Assembly: GCA_043228905.1 (NCBI GenBank)
Contig: JBHGNT010000005.1
Coordinates: 22,816,001 to 22,880,000 of the forward strand
Direction: 5' to 3'
DNA length: 64,000 nt
Source: Azolla caroliniana
Taxonomy: Eukaryota > Plantae > Polypodiophyta
Position numbers and translations under genes: made by a program
Notes under the pieces: model-generated
The model's input: only the letters and a program-made list of their open reading frames with translations
The model's database searches: none
Told to the model about the DNA's origin: nothing
In this document: one piece after another, positions 54,501 through 64,000 of the stretch
Layout: each line of letters opens with the position of its first letter
Numbering within the stretch: the first letter of the stretch is position 1

Positions 54501-57500
54501 CATCCTTTTTGTGTATTCTGCAAAAAGAAGGGTCATACAAAAGAGCAATGTCGAAAGCTCCAACGGAAAGAGCACGACAACAAAACAAAAGTTGCAGACC
54601 ATAAAGGTTAGATTCCTAACGTTCTTCAAGTCTATACACATCATTCAGTTATTGTAAATGTTCTTTCCTTCACTATGTATTGGAACCCAATGATTTACTT
54701 CGTGCAAACGAGTATATCAATGGATCTCCCGTACAATTTTTATTTGATTCGAGAAGCTCACACAACTTTGTGAATGATCGTTTGGTTCATATATGGGGAA
54801 TCCAACCCACCGTAAGTGATCACACCGTAAGGTGCACTTGGCTGATGGAAGAGTACAATAAATCAACAGGGCGATTCATTCGTTAGGAATTTCCATTGAT
54901 ACTTATATAGAGGAAGCAGACTTCCATGTAATGAATCTTTGTACCACTGATGTAATACTGGGTTATCCTTGGTTTTATAATAAAAAATCTTCCTTGTCTA
55001 TTGATTGGTTTCGCCATTCCATTTCCTTTGTATTGAACGATTGTATTCATTTTATTCAATGCGTAAATAAAAAATCTCTTTCGATTGTTTCCTCTCCATC
55101 AATATCCGAGTTGTGATGTTCTTCTTTATTTTATTGTGTACTTGATCCGAACATTCACGTTTATAATATCGATAATGTCTCGGGTCAATTATCATATTTT
55201 GAACAACAACTCGATGAAATCTTAAATGATTTTCATGATGATTTTCCGAGTGAACTACCACATGGGTTACCTCCTAAACATAATATAGAGCATCGTATAG
55301 ATATTGTACCTGGTGTTGCACCAATAACTATACCTCCTTATTGCTTAAGTCGATCCGAAGGGGATGAGGTATCTAAGCAACTCAAGGACTATTTACGAAT
55401 GAGTTATATACGTTAGAGTAAATCTCCATGGGGTGCACCTGTTCTCTTGGTAAAGAAGAAAGAGGGCACATGGCGTATGTGTATTAATTGCCGACGCTTG
55501 AATAAAGTGACGAACAAGAATTCATATCCATTGCCCCGGGTTGATGATCTAATTGACCGTCTCTAGGGAGCTTGGTATTTTATGAAACTTGATCTTCGTA
55601 TAGGCTATCATCAAATTCGTATAAGTGAGGAAGATGTTCCTAAAACGACATTTCGTACGTGCTATGGCCATAACGAGTTTTTGGTTATGCCTTTCGATTT
55701 GACCAATGCTCCGGCTACATTTCAACAAGAAATGAATGACATTTTCTGAGAACAACTTGGCAAATTTGTCGTTATTTTCTTGGATGATATTCTAGTTTAT
55801 AGCTGTACATTAGAAGAACATGCTAAACATGTCCGCTTTGTTTTACAAATATTGTGCGACAAATATTTTTACGGGAAGATCTCAAAATGCGTGTTCTTCA
55901 AGAAATCAATTACTTATCTTGCACATCTCATAACCGAACGAGGAGTTGAAATTGATCCATCTCTCATCGAGAAAGTCAAACTTTGGCCCACTCTTCGGAA
56001 TATTTGAGAAGTTCGATCATTCCTTGGTTTTGTTGGGTTTTTGCGAAAATCTCTTTGTAATTACTCCAAATTGACACCGTTTATTGAACATCTCAAAGGT
56101 CAAACGTGTACGTTTACAAAACCTATTGTGTGCAATGCTACACTAGACCTCGCCTTTAAGGAACTCAAGGACCTGGTGTGCAAGGCTCCTTCACTTCTTT
56201 TACCTGATCCTTCAAAACCTTTTCAGGTTGAAACCAATGCAAGTGATTATGCTATAGGTATCGTCCTATATTAAGATGGTAAACCTATAGCATTTGAGAG
56301 TAAGAAACTGGATTTTGCTCAGTGTCGGTATATCGTGCAAGGAAAGGAATTATTTGCAGTTATTCATGCGCTCAAGACATGGCGCCATTATCTTTATGGA
56401 AATCATTTTGTGGTAACTATGGACCACGAGTCCTGAAAGGTCGTAAGGCACGATGGGCAGATCTCATCCAGGACTTTGATTTTTCCATACGATATTGTAA
56501 AGGTTCCATGAACACTGTGGTTGATGCACTAAGTCGCATTCGTGAAGTTAACATGCTTAGCTTCACTGAAATAACATCAAATCTTTATGATCACTTTCGA
56601 GGAAAGTATCCTAATGACAATTTTTTTGCGAAATACTGGGCAAGAGTGGAGTCTGGAATAGAAACCACCACATCCTTGAGGGAATACTTCCACATTGCTA
56701 ACAGTCTATTGTATCGTAATGGGAAGGTGTGTGTTTCAAATTTGCCCGAGGTAAAAAGGAGAATTTTTTTTTAATGCCATGATGCACCCTCAACAGGGCA
56801 CCTTGGAATATATCGTACACTCGTTCTCATCTCCACTCAATTCTATTGGCCTAAGATGCGTCTTGACATGCATAGTTATGTGAGTAAATGTCACCAGTGT
56901 AAGGTTAACAAAGTTGAGCGACTTAAAACCGCAAGACTTTTACATCCCTTGGACATTCCCAATAATAAGTGGGAAAGTATATTCATGGATTTTATTGTTA
57001 GCCTTCCTCGCACCCAAAAAGGTCATGATGCCATCTGGGTTGTGGTTGATAGACTAACTAAAATGGCCAGGTTCATTGCCACAAAAACCACGGTAAGATC
57101 TCCTGAATTGGCTTACCAATTTGTTGATGAGTTAATTCGTTTTTATGGGTTACCGATGGATATCGTTAGTGAACGAGATCCAAAGTTTACTAGCGACTTT
57201 TGGACGCAAGTCTTTAAGAAGTTAGAAACTACATTGAGCACGAGCTCCACGAATCATCCTCAATGCGATGGAAAAACAGAACGAGTAAATCAAATTATTG
57301 AGGACATGCTCCACAAAACCAACAAAATGGGAACATTATCTCCCAATTTTAAAGTTTGCTTATAACAACTCCAAACATACATCGACGAGATATAGTCCTT
57401 TTATGTTGATGTATGGTTTTCAGCCACGAGCCCCGATTGATGTTAATATACATCATGATGAGTTGTGAAGTACGTAAAACTTTCTTTGGGATATGCAAGA

Positions 57501-59210
57501 TATGTTGCATATTGCACGAGATAATATAAAAACAGCTCAAGATAGAGCATGTTTTTATGTCGATAATAATAGGCAACCTCGTGTATTCAACCCCGAACAA
57601 AAGGTATTTTTACATGTACCTCACAATTCTAAGACATTGTCTACGGGTAAGTGCCCTAAGTTAGCCCCACGGTTTTGTGGACCTTTTACAGTCCTCAAAC
57701 GCATTGGTTCATCAACCTATCATTTCGTTCTTACTGATGACGTTGAAAGCCATCCAGTTTTTCATGTAAGTTGTGTAGAAGAACTTCTTGGTTTTGGGGA
57801 TAATACATGGACAACTAAAACTCTGGTTACTTCTGAAGAATTATCTTCTAAACCACATGTACCAAAAAGAATTCTTGATATTAAAACAAAAAATTTACGT
57901 TCTAAAATAATCCGAGAATTTTAAATTAAATGGATGGATAAGTCTATAAAAGATGCCACATGGGAACGCGAAAATACTCTTAGAACCAACTTCCCTAATA
58001 ATTCATTGCAAGAGTGCAATGTTTTAAAGAGGGGGAGTATGTTACGAGCATGACCATATAATATCCCGTGGTGAGAATGTATCGTAGTATTCTATACACG
58101 TGGATAAAGTGTTTAAATGAGAGTGTAAAGAAGGGGATGATTGATTTTAATCCTTGGGATTTAGACAACCCATTAGGCCAAGTGTGAACTTGCCTGGGGG
58201 TCTTGGGTCTGGATATAAATAGGAGGCCCTGCTACCCTCATTTCATCATCTCTTGACTATGTCGGGACTCCATTCTTGTGGTGGGTCAACTCTTGTAGCG
58301 AGCGCGCCATCACCAGGTACGACTCAACGCCACAACGATGGTATGGGACGCCGATCGAGGCTCAAGTCTATCTCGATTCCTTCGCTTGGGGGTCGGGTGG
58401 ATCATCACCCTTCCTTCTCTCTCTCCTTTCGTATTAATCTATCTTTGTTATCCTTATCATGTGCTTACTTTAGAACATAACTCTAACAGTTTGTATCGGA
58501 GTCATGTTATAGTTACAATAGAGTTACAAGTGAAACTTTGGTTACTTCTAAATAATTATCTTCTAAACCACATGTACTAGAAAAAATTCTCGATGTTAAA
58601 ACAAAAAATTTGCGTTCTAAAATAATCCAAGAATTTAAAATTAAATGGATGGATAAATCTTTCAAAGATGCCACATGGGAACACGAGATTACGCTTAGAA
58701 CTAACTTCCCTAACTTTTCATTGCAAGAGTGCAATGTTGTAAAGAGGGGGAGTATGTTACGGGCATGACCATATAATATCCCGTGGTGAGAATGTACCGT
58801 AGTATTCTATCCACGTGGATAAAGTGTGAGGGTTAAACGAGAGTGTAAAGAAGGGGAGGATTACTTTTAATCCTCGGGATTGAGACAACCCATTAGGCCA
58901 AGTGTGAACTTGCCTGGGGGTCTTGGGCCTGGCTATAAATATGAGGCCTTGTTACCCTCATTTCATCATCTCTTGACTATGTCGAGACTCCGTCATTGTG
59001 GTGGGTCAACTCTTGTAGTGAGCACGCCAGCACCAAGTACGACTCGACGCCACGACGGTGGTATGGGACACTGATCGAGGCTCAAGTCTATCTCGATCCC
59101 CTCGCTCGAGGGTGGTCAGGTGAATCGACACCCTTCTTTGTCTCTCTCCTTTCTTATAATCTATCTTTGTTATCCTTATCATATGCTTACTTTAGATCTA
59201 AGCTCTAACA
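51505..59210 (+). mobile_element. Decayed Ty3/Gypsy chromovirus-type element with three LTRs, inserted in the Copia A RNase H
   Basis: LTRs TGTTAC...CTAACA at 51505-51960, 58040-58488 and 58755-59210; PBS TGGTATCAGAGCC at 51963; zinc knuckle CVFCKKKGHTKEQC (~54510); protease FLFDSRSSHNF; RT FLDDILVYS; RNase H VETNASDYAIG; integrase WESIFMDFIV..GPF; chromodomain-like KW..DATWE; PPT AAAGAGGGGGAG. The degenerate TSD CTTGA/CTCGG splits the host HAR|TK codons. Confidence 0.95.
53168..53230 (+). mobile_element. tRNA-like SINE head inside the Gypsy 5' leader
   Basis: GGTTAGCTCAAGTG (A-box-like) followed by GAGTTCAAAT (B-box-like). Confidence 0.4.
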
Positions 59211-59256
59211 CTCGGACTAAGCACATTGAGGTGCACTACCACTTCATCTGAGAATG

Positions 59257-60021
59257 TGTCACAAACCTAGGATGCCACTATGGAATGCGGGTTTCTAATG
59301 AACCCATGACCTCATTGTACACACTATGACCTCATTGTTGAATGCAGGTCTCTAATGAACGTATTCACATTGTCTCCCTTTGTACACACTAGGTTTAGGC
59401 TATTTATGTAAATAGTGAGAAGGGTAGTTTCCCTAAGTTAGTCAGTATATAAACAGACTTTGTAACCTAGCTTTCTGTTGGTTGCAAATATAGTTCATCT
59501 TGTGCCTAACGTCTCTTTCTCTTGCGTTCTTGTTGATCTTCCTTCTTGATTTTGTTTCTAGTTGCCATCAATCTTCTTCATTGCATCTATTAACGATCTC
59601 CTCACAAAAGAGTGTTGAGATTGTTTCGCACCTAGACGATCGCGTTCTCAACACTCATGGTCTCCATTGGGCAACCTTTCCAACTAAGCTATATCCATCT
59701 GGGCATCCTTGTATAAAATCCAACATATATTGTAGATTGAACACTAGAACTTTCTAGAAACTTCTAGAGAATGCATCCTCATGCATTCTCTAGAAGTTTC
59801 CTAGCTTGCATGCATCCTCATGCGTTCTCTAGAATATTTCTAGCTTGCATCAAGACCTCTGCCTTCTTATACAAATACTTAGGTGCACCTTGATTCTAAT
59901 CAAGGTGAACAACACAAGTTACAGAAGCATAAGTTGAGTTCTTGTTCTCTTTCTCTTGTCTCTTCTCTCTCTTAATATTTAGTCTCGTCTTGGTTTTGCT
60001 CTGTTATACTCGTCCGTGACA
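59257..60021. mobile_element. Solo LTR (765 bp) of an unrelated family inserted in the Copia A RNase H
   Basis: Termini TGTCAC...GTGACA, TSD GAATG/GAACG (4/5). The host reading frame (HFI.E|RVLVGDV.LQHI) resumes after it. Confidence 0.88.
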
Positions 60022-60428
60022 GAACGTGTCCTTGTGGGGGATGTCAACCTTCAACATATTAGCACAAAGCTTTAGAAAGTCGACATCTTTACAAAAGCCC
60101 TAGGGGCTGACAAGCTTCAATAATTCTCGATAGAGCTTGGACTTTCGACCTTTGACTTGCCAAGCTTGAGGTGGAGTAAAGTCCAAAACATAGACCTAGA
60201 CATCAAACCCAACACGAAGCCGGATACCAACCAAAGCCAAAAGCTTGAACCGGACATCGCCGAAACTGAACATAACAAAATTGGAAGTCAACTGCCCAAC
60301 TTACTCTAGGGTGTGTTGAGAGTCAAACTCAACTTACTCTAGGGTGTGAACACACCTTAAGAATAGGCAAGAGTGTGAGCACAACACCACTCTGTAACAG
60401 TAACTAATGTGTCATAGAATGTAACTAA

Positions 60429-63400
60429 TGTAACTCATATACAAAAGTAGTGGTGACTTTTGACCTTTGAGTATTCACACACTAAACTAGGTTGAGCTTG
60501 ATTCTCAACATGCCCCCTCAAGCTCAAATGAGGTTGGTTCCTTTCAGTTGATGTCCGCGTTCGTTGGTATCAGGTTCTCTCTTGTTTGTTGTCCGCTTCT
60601 AGTGGTACCTGGTTCAGACGGTATCTGGTTCTCTCTTGTACTCCCCCTCAAGCTTGGCAAGTCAAGGATCGTCAATGCGAGGTTTGACATGAATTGCTGA
60701 AGCTTGTCGGCTCCTAGGGCTTTGGTGAAGATGTCGATTGTTTGAAGCTTAATGTTGATATGTTGAAGGTCGACATCTCCAATCTGAACATGCTCTCGGA
60801 TGAAGTGATAGTGCACCTCGATATGCTTCATGCACGCGTGGAACACTAGGGTCTGAGCTAGATAAATATTGATCATGTTGTCACAGTAAAGGGGAGACAG
60901 ATCCTTGATGGGAACACCTAGATCCTTCAAAATCGTCTTGAGCCATACGGCTTTGCATGTAGCCACAATTGTGCACCTGTATTCGGCCTCTGTGCTCAAA
61001 AGTGCAACAATCGGATGCTTCTTGCTACTCTAGGATATTGCTCCATTGCCGAGGGAGAAAACAAATTTGGAGGTCGATCGTCGATCGGCTCTGTAACCAA
61101 CCCAGTCGGCATCTGAGTACCCTTTGAGTCGAATTGGCATTGCCGACTTGTAGAGGATGCCACAATCCATTGTGCTACTCATGTATCGTAATACTCGCTT
61201 AACGCAATCCAAGTGAATGTCACGTGGTTTTTGCATGAATTGGCTAAGGAGACCGACCGCGTAGCTAAGCTCAGGACGAGTGATTATTAGATAGATGAGG
61301 CTCCTGATCAGTTGTCGATACTGAGTTGGCTAACACGCATATGTGCCGGAGTTGGCATCCAGTTTGAGGTTTCGATAGAGAGGGGTTGCCACAGATTTTC
61401 ACTAAGTCATATCGAACTTGTGTAACAAGTTAAGGATGTAGTGTCTTTGAGAGATCATAATGGCGGCTGGAGTCTGAATTACCTCAATGCCAAGGAAGTA
61501 ATGGAGCTCCTTCATGTCCGTCATCTTGAATTTGCTAGAGGGGAGGGACTTGACCTTGTTGATGTTGACTAGACTTTTACACCCAATGACTAGATCATCC
61601 ACGTATTGGATGATGACAATCAGACTTTCGGAATCGCTTCTTACATAGAGAGAGTTGTTGGATTTTGACATTCGAAAGCCGAATCGATGAAGATATTGTA
61701 TTATCTTCGAATGCCAAGCACACGGTGCTTTCTTTAGTCAGCAGACTGCTTTTTGATGGGTGCGCGATTCGAAGCCGGGTGGTTGTCGCAAGTAAAGCTC
61801 TTCTAATTCTCCTTGAAGAAAGGCGTTCTTGACGTCCATTTGATGGAGGTGCCACCCTTTCGCCGTTGCAAGTGCAATCACGGTCCGCACAGTCCTCATC
61901 TTTGCCACTGGGACAAAGGTCTCTTCATAGTTGACTCCATGTGTTTGTGCGTATCCTTTTGCTACGAGTCGGGCTTTGTAGTGGTTGACGGAGCCGTAAA
62001 CATTATACTTCACTTTGTAAATCTATCTACAACTGATCGCCTTCTCGTGAGGTGCGTGGGGAACGAGATCCCATGTCTCGTTCTTGCATAATGCTTGCAT
62101 CTCCTCTTTTATTGCTTCGACCCATCGTGGATCCTTGGCTACTTCGGAAAAATTTCCCGGTTCACGAACTATCACCACCTTCATCATAAAGGCATAATGG
62201 TATGTCATATAGTCATTATCGCCGAATCGGCTAACCAGATTCTTCTCTTGGGTGGAGCGAAAGAGTTTCTCATTTGCCGATGCGAGTACTTTCTTACTCC
62301 AGGTGACCTCATAAGAGGCACATCAAAGCCACCATACTCACTGTCGAATGAGTGAGTCCATTCGTTGCCGTCAAATTGATCGTTTTCATATTCCAACATT
62401 TTAGTCTTGCCTTTGTCCATCTTCGAACTTGGCCGAGATGTGCTCTGGTCGCTCGGGGGTTCTTGTGGCCCACTAAGCCTGGTCGTGATCGAACTTTCTT
62501 TGAACATATGCCTCAGTTGATCTTTGTCTTAGTTGGCCAAGTTTAGGTCGACTGGAAATGATTTGGGAGGAGTCAGCTCCAGTTCGTACCATGATGCCGA
62601 TTCGTCAAAGACGATATCCCGACTTACATGAACCTTCTGATTAGAGGGGTTGAAGCACTTGTACCCCCTTTGATCTAATGAGTACCCTACGAGAATACAC
62701 TTCTTCGACTTGGGATCTAGCTTTTCCCATATTTCGTCGGGAATATGCACGTATGCGATTGAGCCAAATATCCTTACATGGGATATAATCAACTTCTTTC
62801 CATAATACTTCTCATGAGGAGTGACCTCGTGCACTCCAGATGTTGTGCACCGGTTTATGAGGTAGACGACAATATTTGTAGCTTCTGCCCAATATGACTT
62901 GAGCATATGCTTCTTGTTCAGCATGGCCCGTGCTATTTGGAGGATGTATCGATTCTTGCGTTCGGCTACACCGTTATGTTGCGGTGTGTGTCGGCAAGTG
63001 AATTCTCGTCGAATTCCTTCTTGGCGAAGGTATGCCGTGAACGCATGAGAGAAGTATTCCTTTCCTCTGTTTGACCGAAGACATCGTACATGGCAGCCAG
63101 TTGTCTTTTTGACTTCGCTTTTGAATTTTTGGAAGGTAACATAGTACTGACATCCTCCGAATGTGGTTGTTTGTGTCGGTCCCCACACATCCGAGTGGAC
63201 CGCATATAGGGGGCCTTTGCTCACATTTCTCTTCTTTTGAAATGCGTGCCGATGTTGCTTACCGAATTAGTAAGATCCACATACTCCTTCAATCTCTTTC
63301 TCTTTGAACGTCAGAAGTCCAATGACGACTCCTTTCGATTGCATGCCCTTGAGTTTCGTGAGATTGATATGGCCAATTCTTTTGAGCCATAACTCTATGT

Positions 63401-64000
63401 CTGTGTCGACTTTGAGGCCCTTTGCAAACATGGCCGATTTCACCTCGTTCAGCACGAGGATAAACATTCGACCTTCCCTCGACCTCGAGCGATGTGTCGA
63501 CCTTCTTTCTTGATGAAGCAACCACCTTGATTGAATCAAACTTGCATGCCCTGCTCAACAATTTGGCTGACCGAGACCAAATTCTTCGTTATGGCCGGTA
63601 CATGCAAGACATTTTTTATGCAAGTTTGTTCGCCATCTTTCCCGAATGGGACATTGCTGATATACCGAATCAGATGAGTAGTGTCGTCTACGGTTTCGAC
63701 ATAGTCGGGTAAATCCGGCTCTCATAAGTCTCAATGCCATTCTTGATGAGACGTCATATGTTTTGAAGCACCAAAGTCGACAATCCATACATCTACTGGA
63801 TTGGAGGCACTAGTCGAAGTAGAAGCCGACGTAGAATTTGCTCAATGTCTCATCACGAACATTCCGCCATGGTCATCTGAACGTTCCTTGATTGTTTCCG
63901 CTTTCTTGCCGAAAGTGAGAGTTGTTTTCATAGGTCGGACCTCATCCGAATCAGCCTTTTGCTCGGCCACGTCCTCTTCCTCCGTTCGAATGTGTGTAGA
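60429..64000 (-). mobile_element. Second decayed Ty1/Copia element (B), related to A, in opposite orientation and running off the window
   Basis: Minus-strand protease (WIVDFGASKHMT), ELWLKRIGH, VHSDVWGP, TPQHNGVAERKNR, YKARLVAKGY, QMDVKNAFL, YVDDL, YSDADW and KHIEVHYHF; PPT TGAGGGGGCA followed by an LTR start TGTTGAGAATC at 60510. Confidence 0.93.

Larger units (their letters stand above)
47566..60430 (+). mobile_element. Decayed Ty1/Copia LTR retrotransposon (element A), host of two nested insertions
   Basis: 5' LTR 47566-47951 (TATTGAGAATC...TTTACA), PBS TGGTATCAGAG at 47952, and broken gag (~48137), GAG-pre-integrase ELWHKRINH, integrase (ERKNRHILEVARAM), RT (HQMDVKN, LYGLKQ) and RNase H (TDADW, HARTKHIEVHYHF). 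A truncated 3' LTR starts at 60314 and matches the 5' LTR for ~115 bp. Confidence 0.92.

Noticed and set aside
48137-63800. Functional gag/pol genes in the retroelements
   Set aside because: All three elements have many stops, frameshifts and deletions; the listed ORFs are fragments or antisense shadows.

Overview
AT-rich, intron-containing land-plant nuclear DNA; a non-seed plant such as a fern is my guess, not proven. The first ~47 kb holds six intact spliced genes whose exons I could join in frame: a PMI1-related NT-C2/LysM protein (+), Delta14-sterol reductase FACKEL (+), a plastid-type DUF2834-like membrane protein (-), the SnRK1 alpha kinase (-), ERV1 sulfhydryl oxidase with an unusually long repetitive N-terminus (+), and histidinol dehydrogenase HISN8/HDH (-). 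Between them lie a decayed LINE, tRNA-derived SINE heads, two non-autonomous hAT elements and many local duplications. The last ~16.5 kb is a decayed LTR-retrotransposon nest: a Copia carrying a three-LTR chromoviral Gypsy and a solo LTR, fused tail-to-tail to a second Copia. The most intriguing signal is an ATG-started 18-codon ORF, MYHHHHHHHHYHHHTRKS, about 370 nt upstream of the histidinol dehydrogenase start. It resembles the bacterial hisL leader and may be a His-sensing uORF, but this depends on an unverified transcription start site.
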